A stretch of DNA of 39,089 nucleotides from Candidatus Velthaea sp. (GTDB lineage: Bacteria; Vulcanimicrobiota; Vulcanimicrobiia; Vulcanimicrobiales; Vulcanimicrobiaceae), in assembly GCA_050012475.1 (NCBI GenBank), contig JBEKHC010000042.1, forward strand, positions 1-39,089, given 5' to 3'. The notes beneath the pieces are model-generated. The model made no database searches. It saw nothing but the letters and a program-made list of their open reading frames with translations, and was not told where the DNA came from. The position numbers and the translations under genes were made by a program. Shown one piece after another: positions 19,240 through 28,424 of the stretch (within the stretch, counting starts at the first letter, position 1; the number at the start of each line of letters is the position of its first letter).

Positions 19240-20115
19240 TCAGGAGGCCCGAGCCGCGCTCAGCGGCGCATCGCCGTCGTCGAGCGTCTGCGCCGGGGGC
19301 GGCAAGACGACGAGATCGTCGACGATGTGCAGAATTTTGCGAACCTCGGTCAGCTGCGTCGAGATCTTCGCGTCGACACTGCCCGCGTCGGTTTCGAGGA
19401 TCACGCCGCCGCGATCCACGCGTTGGTCCTCGATGACGCGCAGTGTCTTCACGTCGCCCAGTGCAAGCAGCTCGTCGCGGTGCGCGCGCATCTGCTCGAT
19501 GTCGGCGGGATTCACGCGCATCGTGATGCGTTCACGGTCGACGATGCGCGCGATGGCGGCGCGTGCCATCTCGACGACCACGCCGTGGTCGAGTGCGATC
19601 TGCTGGTGCAGAACGCGTTCGGCAATGCCGACGGCAAGCCGGACGAGTTCGGGCTCAGCCGACACCAACAGGGCGTGGCGTTCCTCGCGCGCGGCTTCGA
19701 CGATCTGGCCTAACGTCGCAATCATGCCGGCCATCGTGGCTTCCACCTCGCGCACGCCGCCGGCGTAGCCTTCGTCATGGCCTGCGCGGCGCGCTTCTTC
19801 GGCCAGCGTTTGGGCCCGCCTTCCGGCCTCCCCGAGAACGTTGGCAGCACGCCGTTCGGCGTCGTCGACGAGCGCCTGCGCGTTGCGCTCGGCCTCATCG
19901 ATGATCGCTCGCGCCTGCGCTTCGAGTGCCGCGAAATCGATCGGCGGTTCAACCGGCGCAGGGGGTGGCGGAGGTTCGGGCACGGCAACCAACGGGCGCT
20001 CCTCGTCCAGCGGTGCGGCGGCAAAGCCCATGCGAGGCGCAGCGACGACGAGCGCCGGAATCGCTACCGTGTAGCACTCCGTACTCCCGGCCGACCCCTT
20101 GATGACTTTGCCCAT
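19240..20115 (-). CDS. fliH: Flagellar assembly protein FliH
   Basis: AxxxGxxxG repeats ([13 protein letters not shown]), RVNPAD and [14 protein letters not shown]. Confidence 0.93.
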   Translation of the reverse strand: MGKVIKGSAGSTECYTVAIPALVVAAPRMGFAAAPLDEERPLVAVPEPPPPPAPVEPPIDFAALEAQARAIIDEAERNAQALVDDAERRAANVLGEAGRRAQTLAEEARRAGHDEGYAGGVREVEATMAGMIATLGQIVEAAREERHALLVSAEPELVRLAVGIAERVLHQQIALDHGVVVEMARAAIARIVDRERITMRVNPADIEQMRAHRDELLALGDVKTLRVIEDQRVDRGGVILETDAGSVDAKISTQLTEVRKILHIVDDLVVLPPPAQTLDDGDAPLSAARAS

Positions 20116-20126
20116 GAAGATCGTGC

Positions 20127-21221
20127 TTAGACCAAAGCTTCGTCTTTAGAACCACGCGCGATGTCGATCTGACCCTGTTCCTCGAGCGTCCGAATGACGT
20201 CGACGATCTTCTGCTGCGCCTTGCCGACTTCGGACATGCGCTTGGCACCCAGAATTTCGATGTCTTCTTTGAGCGTCGCGGCCGCGCGCGTCGACATATT
20301 CTTGTAGATATGTTCGAGCAGTTCTTCGTTGGCGGTTTTGAGCGCGAGCGCGAGATCCTTGCTGTCGGTTTCCTTGAGCACGCGCTGCACGGCGCGGTCG
20401 TCGAGGTTGATGATGTCCTCGAAAACGAACAGCAGACTCTTGACTTCTTCGGCGATGACCGGATCGCGTTTGGCCAAACCTTCGAGAATGTTGCGTTCGG
20501 TTTGACGATCCACGTAACCCATGACGGTCGCCAGCGACGCAACGCCGCCGGCCTTGGTCGAGTCCGAGCCGCTCACCAGGAGCCGCCGGCCGAGAAGTTC
20601 ATCGAGCTGCTCCAAAATTTCGGGTGCGGTCTTTTGCAAGATCGCGATGCGCATCGCGACTTCGCCCTGCAGATCCGGCTCGAGCGCGGACAGCACCGCT
20701 CCCGCCGATTCCGACGACATGTACACGCAGATGAGCGCGATGGTTTGCGGGTGTTCTTCTTTGATGAACTCCAGCAGCTGCGCGGGTTCGGTCTTCTTGA
20801 CGAGTTCGAGCGGGTTGTCGTGCTTGAGCGCCGCGAACAGGCGGCTCGTGACGTCGTCGGCTTGGCCGGCGCCGAACGAGCGTTCCAAGATCTCTTTGGC
20901 GTACTCGATGCCGCCTTCGTTGATGTATTTGAGCGCGATGGCGCGCTGGTACGCTTCTTGGATGACCGTGTCGCGTTTCTCGATCGAAACCGTAGAGATC
21001 TTGGCGATCTCCAAGACGATGAGTTCGACTTCTTCTTGGCGCAAGAACTTGAACAGCTTCGCCGACAAGTCCAAGCCCAAGGTGATCATCAGGATTGCAG
21101 CTTTTTCCGGTCCTGCCATTTCGCGGCTGACCGGGATGCTGAAATTGGCCAGCGGCGCGGGAGCTGCACCGAAATCATCGCTGTCGGCGCCGCCGATCGG
21201 ACCATCGCTAATCATTGACAT
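20127..21221 (-). CDS. fliG: Flagellar motor switch protein FliG
   Basis: KAAILMITLG, GGIEYAKEIL, EHPQTIAL, LFVFEDI and MSTRAA motifs. Confidence 0.97.
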   Translation of the reverse strand: MSMISDGPIGGADSDDFGAAPAPLANFSIPVSREMAGPEKAAILMITLGLDLSAKLFKFLRQEEVELIVLEIAKISTVSIEKRDTVIQEAYQRAIALKYINEGGIEYAKEILERSFGAGQADDVTSRLFAALKHDNPLELVKKTEPAQLLEFIKEEHPQTIALICVYMSSESAGAVLSALEPDLQGEVAMRIAILQKTAPEILEQLDELLGRRLLVSGSDSTKAGGVASLATVMGYVDRQTERNILEGLAKRDPVIAEEVKSLLFVFEDIINLDDRAVQRVLKETDSKDLALALKTANEELLEHIYKNMSTRAAATLKEDIEILGAKRMSEVGKAQQKIVDVIRTLEEQGQIDIARGSKDEALV

Positions 21222-21227
21222 ACCGGG

Positions 21228-22943
21228 CTACTCCGCAAGCCAAAGTTTGACGAGCTTGGCGATGCTGTCGGGACTTTCCGTAGCAACGCCGGTGACGTAC
21301 TCGATCATCTGTTCGCGCGTGAGATCGGCCGCCGAGCGGATCGGCGCGGCGAGATTCACCGCCCCTTCGAGCATCGGATGCGTTTCAAACGCCGGCAGCT
21401 GCTCCGCCAAGGACGAATCGAACGACGGCAGTTCGGGCGTGAGGCCGGGGACCTCGGGTTTGGGACGCTTGAGTTTGAGCGCCAGGAATCCGGCCAGGCC
21501 CAGGATCAGCACCGCGGCAACCGCAATGACGGGCGCAAGCGGTAGTCCGAGCACGGTCTGCACGCGCTCGACCGGGAACTCTGCGACCGGCGCAAACGGG
21601 ATCGCTTCAACCGAAATCTGATCGCCGCGAGTTGGATCGAGTCCCGCCGCTGCGGCAACGACGTTACGGATCTTGGCGATATCCGCGGCACTCAGGACGT
21701 ACGGGGCAGCCGCAGAAGCGGCGGCCGCTGTCGCGGCCGGCGTTGCGGTCGCTCCGGCGGGCGCGATCGCGACCGGCGGCGTGGCCGGAACGTTGACCAG
21801 CACGGCCACGCTTTCGCGCGTGAGTTTCCCGGGCGCATCGACGTGTTTGGCGTTTTGCTCGGTCACGTCGTAGTTGATCGTGGATTTCGACTTCTTGTAG
21901 TTGCCGGTCGCGCCGCCGCCCGGCGAACCTTGATAGGTCCCGACGTTATTGCTGGTGGTAGCGGGAACGCCGCCGGCGCCCGCACCGTTTTTGGGCTGCG
22001 CGCCGGTGTAGGCTTCCTTCTCGTTTTGCTGCGAAAGAATCGTGCCTTGCGGGGCGTAGGTTTTCGATTCGCTTTCGTTTGCGTCGAAGTTCATGTCGGT
22101 AGCTACGCGCACCGCCGAACGATGCGGTCCGATGACCGAGTCGAGCAAACCTTGAATGTTTTGCTGCAGGTTCGTTTCGTAGCGCTGCTTGGCCAGCAGC
22201 TGTTCCTGCGTCAGTTTGAACGCGCCGGCTTGCGCGGACAGACCCGGATCGCTGCTGTCATTCGCTGACGGAACGAGGACGTTGCCGTCTTGATTGACGA
22301 TCGTGACGTTTTCGGGCTTGAGCCCCTCGACGGAGTTTGCGACGAGTTGCGTGATGCCGCGAACTTCTGTCGGACCAAGCGACATGCCCGGCTTCGTCTT
22401 GATCGCAACCGAGGCCGTCGTCGGTTCCTGAACCGTGGAGTAGAGCGACGCCTCTGGCGAAGCGATGTGCACGCGCGCCGACTCGACGGGCGTCAAGCCC
22501 GCGATCGTGCGCTGCAGTTCGCCTTCGGTTGCGCGCTGTTTGGCGATCTTCTCCTGAAAATCGGTCATACCGAAATTCATTTTGTCGAAGAGTTCGTAGC
22601 CCGAGCCGCCGCCCTTGACCACGCCGTCGCCGGCGAGCAACACGCGCTCTTCGTACACGCTTTCCTGCGGCACGGAGATCGTTGTTCCGCCGTTGCTCAA
22701 TTGGTACGGAATCTTTGCATCTTTGAGCTTGGTGACGACCGCACTTGCGTCATCGGGGGCCAAATTGGCGAAGAGCACGCCGTAGTCGGGCCCGCGCATG
22801 CGCATCGCTGCGAAAATCGCCAACCCCGCGACCAGCGCTACGCCGACAACGCCGGCCAAAAGCCGGATCGACCGGTTCTGCGCTCCCCAAAGACCGCGCA
22901 GTCGTTGCGACACGCTCGCAAACGACAACGTGTTGGTATCCAA
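21228..22943 (-). CDS. fliF: Flagellar MS-ring protein FliF
   Basis: GYELFDKMNFGMTDF...EGELQRTI...ARVHIA, ANSVEGL and two TM segments; likely TTG start at 22943 preceded by AAGG (the ORF track extends to 23015). Confidence 0.95.
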   Translation of the reverse strand: MDTNTLSFASVSQRLRGLWGAQNRSIRLLAGVVGVALVAGLAIFAAMRMRGPDYGVLFANLAPDDASAVVTKLKDAKIPYQLSNGGTTISVPQESVYEERVLLAGDGVVKGGGSGYELFDKMNFGMTDFQEKIAKQRATEGELQRTIAGLTPVESARVHIASPEASLYSTVQEPTTASVAIKTKPGMSLGPTEVRGITQLVANSVEGLKPENVTIVNQDGNVLVPSANDSSDPGLSAQAGAFKLTQEQLLAKQRYETNLQQNIQGLLDSVIGPHRSAVRVATDMNFDANESESKTYAPQGTILSQQNEKEAYTGAQPKNGAGAGGVPATTSNNVGTYQGSPGGGATGNYKKSKSTINYDVTEQNAKHVDAPGKLTRESVAVLVNVPATPPVAIAPAGATATPAATAAAASAAAPYVLSAADIAKIRNVVAAAAGLDPTRGDQISVEAIPFAPVAEFPVERVQTVLGLPLAPVIAVAAVLILGLAGFLALKLKRPKPEVPGLTPELPSFDSSLAEQLPAFETHPMLEGAVNLAAPIRSAADLTREQMIEYVTGVATESPDSIAKLVKLWLAE

Positions 22944-23033
22944 ATGTGACCTTGCGCGAAGGCTTTTAACAAAGCTTCGCCGGCGGGCCCACCATGGCCA
23001 TAACTCACCGAACATCCGAGTCCGACGAATATT

Positions 23034-23061
23034 CTATCGGCTCGGCGTTTTGCGAACCTTA
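23034..23061 (-). promoter_or_regulatory. Sigma-28-type promoter upstream of fliF
   Basis: Minus strand TAAG-N16-GCCGATAG about 90 nt before the likely fliF start. Confidence 0.65.
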
Positions 23062-23163
23062 CCTCGTTTGACGGTCTCTCACGGCGAACGTCAACGGCAT
23101 GCTCGAGCGACCTGGCTACCGGCTGCGCTGCAACCGGCGCAAGTTGCCGGGTTTAACCAAAAA

Positions 23164-24456
23164 TTACCCGACTTCGGCGAATGCGGACCGCTCGGGCCCC
23201 ACCGAGACCAGCGCGATCGGTACGCCGACGAACGATGCCAAGGCATCGACGTAGTGCGCGGCCGCCGCCGGCAAGTCGCGCGCGCTGCGCACGCCGCGGA
23301 TATCGTGCGACCAGCCGGGGAAGTAGGTCGTTTCGACCCGCAAGTCGGGCTCGTTCATCGCCAGCGCCCCGCACGACTTGCCGTCGCCGCGCCGGTAGCC
23401 GGTCACGACGCCGATTTGGTCGAAACCGGACAGAACGTCGAGCTTCGTTATAATGAGGTGCGAGAGCCCGTTGAGCCGCGCCGCATACCTGGCCGCAACG
23501 GCGTCGAACCAGCCGCAGCGGCGCGGACGCCCGGTCACCACACCGAACTCGCGGCCGGCGGCACGCAGCCGCGCGCCGACCTCATCGTCGAGTTCGGAAG
23601 GAAACGGACCGCTGCCGACGCGAGTCGCGTAGGCTTTGGCGATGCCCACGACGTTGCCGACCGCGCGCGGGCCAATCCCCAAACCCGTGCACGCGCCGCC
23701 GGCGATGGTCGCCGAGCTCGTTACGTAGGGATAGCTGCCGTAGCCGACGTCCAGCAACGTTCCTTGCGCGCCCTCGGCCAAGATCCGGCGTCCGGATTCC
23801 ATCGCGTCGTGAAGGTACGCCACGCCGTCGACCACGTGGGGCAGCACGATCCGGGCCAACTCGAGGGTCTCGGAAATCACGTCTTCTTCGCGCGGGACAT
23901 CGCCGCCCGAGCGAGCGAAAACCGCTGCGCGGGCAAGCATCGCTTGGCGAATCTTCTGCGCGCAGGCTTCGGGTCGGCTCAGATCGCCGAATGAGACGCC
24001 CAGCCGACCGACCCGATCGACGTAGGCTGGCCCGATGCCGCGCCCCGTCGTACCGATGGCGGCCGCGCCGCGGTCGCGTTCGTTGAGCCGGTCGAGCGCC
24101 GCGTGAAAGGGGAACACGATCTGCGCGCGGTCCGAGATCCGGACTCGCGACGTGTCGACGCCGACCGTGCGCAGCATGGCCAGTTCCTCGGTCAAGCCGC
24201 GCAAGCTTACGACCGTGCCGCCGCCGATGAACAGCTGCGCGCTGGGGACCAGCGCGCCCGAGGGGACGATCCGCAGCGCCAGCTTCTGATCGCCCACTTC
24301 GATCGAATGGCCGGCGTTGTCGCCCCCGCCGAAGCGCGCCACCACGTCGTATTCGGTGGCCATGAGGTCGACGACGCGGCCCTTGCCTTCATCCCCCCAC
24401 TGAATTCCGACGGCGATATCGACTGGCCTAGCGGGATGGTGCGGGAGCGTGATCAT
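23164..24456 (-). CDS. purA: Adenylosuccinate synthetase
   Basis: QWGDEGKG, GGDNAGH, IGTTGRGIGPAY, EGAQG, YPYVTSS, TGRPRRCGWFD and TKLDVL; ATG at 24456 with GAGG RBS. Confidence 0.97.
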   Translation of the reverse strand: MITLPHHPARPVDIAVGIQWGDEGKGRVVDLMATEYDVVARFGGGDNAGHSIEVGDQKLALRIVPSGALVPSAQLFIGGGTVVSLRGLTEELAMLRTVGVDTSRVRISDRAQIVFPFHAALDRLNERDRGAAAIGTTGRGIGPAYVDRVGRLGVSFGDLSRPEACAQKIRQAMLARAAVFARSGGDVPREEDVISETLELARIVLPHVVDGVAYLHDAMESGRRILAEGAQGTLLDVGYGSYPYVTSSATIAGGACTGLGIGPRAVGNVVGIAKAYATRVGSGPFPSELDDEVGARLRAAGREFGVVTGRPRRCGWFDAVAARYAARLNGLSHLIITKLDVLSGFDQIGVVTGYRRGDGKSCGALAMNEPDLRVETTYFPGWSHDIRGVRSARDLPAAAAHYVDALASFVGVPIALVSVGPERSAFAEVG

Positions 24457-24654
24457 CGTGCCAGCCTCTTCGCCGTCCGCGCACAAACGCCGGTTTCGCG
24501 GTCCGACGCACGGTTGTTGGGGCCATTTGACCCTTCCAAAGGGTTAGTCTCGGTTTAGCGCTGCCTACGTGAACGTGCTAGTTTACAGGGGTATGGTCAT
24601 GTGTATGAGCAGAGTTACCTTTTGCTCGCTAACTGGCCGGCACGGTTTTGCTGC

Positions 24655-25305
24655 ATGTACGTAAGCTCTCCCGGGTCGGCGCCGATCCGTCTCTTCATCA
24701 TCGACGCGCAACCACTCATCGCCGCTGCTCTCTATCACCTCTTCGCCGCGAACCGGCCGTTCGAGGTCGTGGGCACCGGTGGGCACGTGGATGCTAGCAG
24801 GTTACGCGCGACTCGCCCCGATGTCGTCGTGCTCTGTCAGGACCATGGTTCGACTGGGCTGTGCGACATGATCGAGGCCTGCCGAAGTGCTGTCCCCACG
24901 GCAAAAGTTTGCGTCATCGCCTGCCACTTGCACCCTGAAATATTGCCGCGCGTGATGCAGGCCGGGGCCGACGGCTTCACGGTCAAGGATGCCGATCCGA
25001 GCGAATTGCTCGAAGCCGTGGTCCACATCCACGGCGGCGGAACCTACATCGATGCGCGAATGGGGGCTTGTTTGCCCGTGTCGAGCAATTCGGTTCGGCG
25101 CGTCCGGACGCTCAACGCGCTCTCGGCGCGCGAGACGGAGGTTCTCAAGCTCATCGCCGACGGCTACTCGAATCGCGAAATCAGCATCGCCTTGTCGCTG
25201 TCCGAAAAGACGATCAAGAACCACATCAGCCGGATTTTTTCCAAGCTTCACATCACGGCACGCACGCAGGCCGTCATCCACGCAATAAAAACCGGCATCG
25301 CTTGA
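24655..25305 (+). CDS. NarL/LuxR-family response regulator with atypical receiver domain
   Basis: C-terminal LSARETEVLKLIADGYSNREIS..L.LSEKTIKNHISRIFSKL HTH; N-terminal REC fold. Start 24655 (ATG) or 24601 (GTG). Confidence 0.9.
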   Translation: MYVSSPGSAPIRLFIIDAQPLIAAALYHLFAANRPFEVVGTGGHVDASRLRATRPDVVVLCQDHGSTGLCDMIEACRSAVPTAKVCVIACHLHPEILPRVMQAGADGFTVKDADPSELLEAVVHIHGGGTYIDARMGACLPVSSNSVRRVRTLNALSARETEVLKLIADGYSNREISIALSLSEKTIKNHISRIFSKLHITARTQAVIHAIKTGIA

Positions 25306-25308
25306 CAA

Positions 25309-25433
25309 GGTTCGGCTGCGCCGAACCCGTTCTGCCGTTTGGCGCTTTGCGCTAAGCCGCTGTCAGGTTTGGCTGCGCCGAGGCCGTTCTGGCGTCTGGC
25401 GCTAAGCCGCCGTCGTATTTCGGCTGTGCCGAG
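25309..25433. repeat. Cluster of three degenerate palindromic (REP-like) units between convergent genes
   Basis: GGTTCGGCTGCGCCGAACC (25309), GGTTTGGCTGCGCCGAGGCC (25366) and TTCGGCTGTGCCGAG (25419); the first two are each followed by CGTTCTG...GCGCTAAGCCGC. Confidence 0.6.
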
Positions 25434-25449
25434 CAGCGTCGTGTTCGGG

Positions 25450-26784
25450 TCACTCGCCGCGGAAGTCGAGATCGCTCGTGCTTCCGGTCGGCAGCGGCGC
25501 GGAACCGTTGAACGTCGTCATCACGTATTCGCTGAAAAGCGCGTTGGGCCAGCCGAAATCGACCCGCGAGAATTTGGTCGGATCGTTCGGATTGAACGAC
25601 TCGTGCAAGAGATGATCGCCGGGGTCGGAGGCCAGCAGCTGGTCGAGAACCCCGCGCCGCTCGGCGTCCGTCGGCGCCGTGAGGCCTTCCATGATCATGG
25701 CCAGCGGCCACACGTAGCCGTCGTTGGTATGCAGGCTGCCGATGCCGCGCGCGTAGCGGCCGATATAGTAGTTCGGATTGTCCTTGGACAGCAAGAAGCG
25801 GCGCGTGTTGCGGTACACGAAACTGCTGGCACGGGTGTAGCCGATGTAGGGCGCCGAGAGTAAGCTGGGGATGTTCGCGTCGTCCATCAGCGTCGCGTGG
25901 CCGAACCCGTCGACTTCGTACGCATACACGTAGCCGTAGTTTTGGGTGAAGATCTCGCCGTAGGTTTGAATCCCGGTATGCACCTCATCCCGCAGCGCCA
26001 ACGCGCTTTGCGCTTTGATGAGGTTGTGGTAAACGTCGCGCTCGATCTCGCTCAGTTCGCCCAGCGCGACGACCGCCATCATTTCCGAGGGGATCAGGAA
26101 ATTGTATTGGCAGGCGTCGTCCGAGGGACGAAAGCCCGTCCAGATCATGCCGGTGTAGCGCACGGGATTGCCGTGACCGCCGGCGGGCATCTCCTTGTGC
26201 GTGTAGGTCGAGTTGCGCGAGTGGTCTTGCTCGCGCTGCATCGTTTGAAAGTCGCGGTCGAAGCCCAGCGACAAATCCCCGGTGAAGATCGAGGAGTCGC
26301 CGGTCTCCTTCCAATACGTCCACGCCAGCGTGATCGGATACGCCAGGGAATCGAGCTCGAATTTCTGTTCCCAAACCCGGTAATTGAGGCTGAAGGCGTT
26401 GGCGTAAGGATCGATCTGCAAGTACTTGCCCATGCGGGCGATGATGCCGCGCAGCAGCGCCGCGACTTCGGGATCGGATTTGGCGTAAAACAGATACGGA
26501 CGCACCTGCGCGCTTGCGTCCCGCAGCCATTCGGCGGGAATGTCGCCGGTTTTGACGTATGCCGTGCCGTCGCTGGCGACCGTTGCCTGCCGGCTCGTAT
26601 TGAGCAACGCGGTGCGATACATTCGCTCGAGCGCCGCATTGGTGTTGGTGTAATCGGCGGAGGCTTTCGCGATCGATTGCAGTTCGACGGCGCCCCCGCT
26701 GCCCGGAAACATCGCGCTTGCGCCGACCAGTGCGATGATGAGGATTCGCGCGAGCGACCGGAGCAGCGGTGCGGCTTGCGGCAT
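25450..26784 (-). CDS. Glycoside hydrolase family 125 (exo-alpha-1,6-mannosidase-like), probably secreted
   Basis: TGDIPAEWLRD, EQKFELDSL, GFRPSDDAC, YAYEVDG, MDDANIPSLLS and HESF...FGWPNALF; signal-peptide-like N-terminus from ATG 26784. Confidence 0.9.
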   Translation of the reverse strand: MPQAAPLLRSLARILIIALVGASAMFPGSGGAVELQSIAKASADYTNTNAALERMYRTALLNTSRQATVASDGTAYVKTGDIPAEWLRDASAQVRPYLFYAKSDPEVAALLRGIIARMGKYLQIDPYANAFSLNYRVWEQKFELDSLAYPITLAWTYWKETGDSSIFTGDLSLGFDRDFQTMQREQDHSRNSTYTHKEMPAGGHGNPVRYTGMIWTGFRPSDDACQYNFLIPSEMMAVVALGELSEIERDVYHNLIKAQSALALRDEVHTGIQTYGEIFTQNYGYVYAYEVDGFGHATLMDDANIPSLLSAPYIGYTRASSFVYRNTRRFLLSKDNPNYYIGRYARGIGSLHTNDGYVWPLAMIMEGLTAPTDAERRGVLDQLLASDPGDHLLHESFNPNDPTKFSRVDFGWPNALFSEYVMTTFNGSAPLPTGSTSDLDFRGE

Positions 26785-26882
26785 CGCTCGTGTTTCGTGC
26801 TGCGCTGTCCAGGGTTCCTCGATATGGTGCGAGGAGCGGCGTTTTGCCGGCCAAAAGACGCACCCATGGATGAAGGGCGCCG

Positions 26883-27620
26883 GTGACGAATCCGGCGCAG
26901 CCCTCAGCGTTGCTCGCGCGACTCTTTGCGCCGGGGATCGCGACGGCTGAGCTGCGCGAAGACGCCGATGCGTCGCTTCTTTACCCGGCTGAGGCAGCAT
27001 GCTGCGCCGGTTTTGCGCCGCGGCGCATGACCGATTTCGTCGCCGGGCGACTGTGCGCGCGTCGGGCGCTCGCCGATCTCGGCATCGGCAACTTTCCGAT
27101 CGCGATTCAGGCCGACCGCAGTCCGCAATGGCCGCCCGGAATCACCGGCAGCATCAGTCATACCGACGGCTACCGCTGCGCCGTGGCCGCGCGCGAGGCC
27201 GCGGTCGGCAGCATCGGCGTCGACGTCGAGATCCTCGGACGCGTCACCTGCGACGTGGCCGCGCTCGTGCTCACGCCCCACGAAACGGACTTTCTGTCGA
27301 CCCTGTCGAGCGCGGCGCGCATGCATGCCGCGACCATTATTTTCAGCGCCAAAGAAGCACTCTACAAGTGTCAGTATCCGATCGGTCGACAATGGCTCGA
27401 CTTTCGCGATGTGACGGTCGAGCTCGTCCCGCCCGACCTCGCATACCCGAGCGATGTCGATCGAGCCGCGTTCGCCGGGTCGTTTCGCGTCGCAGCATCG
27501 TTCGCGGGGCGCGGAACCGGCCGCGTGATCCCGTCGCTGCAGGGGCGTTTTTCCATCGACGGCGCGCTGGTCGCAACCGGCATCACGCTCCGTCGTCCGA
27601 GCACGGACGTTGACGCCTGA
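26883..27620 (+). CDS. 4'-phosphopantetheinyl transferase (EntD/Sfp-like)
   Basis: FVAGRLCARRAL, PQWPPGITGSISHT, IGVDVE and FSAKEALYK motifs. Confidence 0.92.
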   Translation: MTNPAQPSALLARLFAPGIATAELREDADASLLYPAEAACCAGFAPRRMTDFVAGRLCARRALADLGIGNFPIAIQADRSPQWPPGITGSISHTDGYRCAVAAREAAVGSIGVDVEILGRVTCDVAALVLTPHETDFLSTLSSAARMHAATIIFSAKEALYKCQYPIGRQWLDFRDVTVELVPPDLAYPSDVDRAAFAGSFRVAASFAGRGTGRVIPSLQGRFSIDGALVATGITLRRPSTDVDA

Positions 27621-27625
27621 CGTCT

Positions 27626-27805
27626 CTAGCCGTCAGTGCCGTCCGGCGCCGCGCCGGCGTTCCCGTCGGACGCGACGACCCCGGTGCTTGCGTTGTGGCC
27701 GCAGGCGTCGCAGTAGGCGCTATACGGGGGTGAGCATCGGCAGTGCGCCACCGACTGATTGTCCGGGCAGGCGCACAACAGATGACCGGAACAGTGCTTG
27801 CACAT
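27626..27805 (-). CDS. Small Cys/His-rich protein (59 aa), metallothionein-like; absent from the ORF track
   Basis: MCKHCSGHLLCACPDNQSVAHCRCSPPYSAYCDACGHNASTGVVASDGNAGAAPDGTDG* (8 Cys, 4 His); TAAGGAG RBS 8 nt before the ATG; fills the gap between recX and the PPTase gene. Confidence 0.7.
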   Translation of the reverse strand: MCKHCSGHLLCACPDNQSVAHCRCSPPYSAYCDACGHNASTGVVASDGNAGAAPDGTDG

Positions 27806-27927
27806 CGTCGTCTCTCCTTACGTTAATCGCAGCCAAGCCGGGGGGCCGATATCGTTACTCCGTCGTGCGTGCCGCTGCCGCTGGCTCTTCGACGACGGAC
27901 GGCACGCTCTTCGCGGCGGCGCGCTTT

Positions 27928-28404
27928 TTAGCGCGATCCCGCAGCATCGATGTCGAGCGCGTCGCCGAAGGCTGCCGCAGCGTGCTCGCGCAGCACGCGG
28001 TAGATCAGCGAGGTGGGAAACCCAAGCCGCTCCAGGGCGCGGGCCGATGACTGGTAGCTTAGCTCGCGCTTCGTGCGCCGGAGCTTGTCGTAGGCCAACG
28101 CAATCCGTTCGGACTGGTTGCGCGGCGCCGCCGAAACGGCGCGCTGCGCCGCTTCGCGATCGATACCGCGTTTCACCAACTCGGCGACGAGCCGGACATC
28201 GCCGACCGCCTTGCGCGGCCCCTCGACGTAGAGCGCCGCGAACAACGCGTCGTCGACGTATCCGTCACGCTTGCAGGTCGCGATGGCGGCGGCGACCGCG
28301 TCCCCGGCGAATCCCCGCGCCACGAGCTTCTTCTCCAGCTGAGCCTCCGTCAGCCGGCGTACGGCGAGCATGCGCAGTGCCGCGACCCGCGCCGAATTCG
28401 TCAC
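27928..28404 (-). CDS. recX: Regulatory protein RecX
   Basis: ALRMLAVRRLTEAQLEKKL..RGF, GYVDDALFA, ELVKRGI and LERLGF; directly downstream of recA. Confidence 0.9.
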   Translation of the reverse strand: MTNSARVAALRMLAVRRLTEAQLEKKLVARGFAGDAVAAAIATCKRDGYVDDALFAALYVEGPRKAVGDVRLVAELVKRGIDREAAQRAVSAAPRNQSERIALAYDKLRRTKRELSYQSSARALERLGFPTSLIYRVLREHAAAAFGDALDIDAAGSR

Positions 28405-28424
28405 GTTCCGCGCCTAACGCGGAC

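Noticed and set aside
29..23994. Many long plus-strand ORFs opposite flagellar genes and purA (e.g. 29..1018, 6109..7326, 7707..9206, 22798..23994)
   Set aside because: Antisense shadows typical of high-GC coding DNA; Arg/Ala/Ser-rich with no family motifs.
27855..27947. 30-aa ORF MLRDRAKKRAAAKSVPSVVEEPAAAARTTE overlapping the recX 3' end
   Set aside because: No RBS and low complexity; it could be an alternative recX tail but nothing in the sequence supports that.
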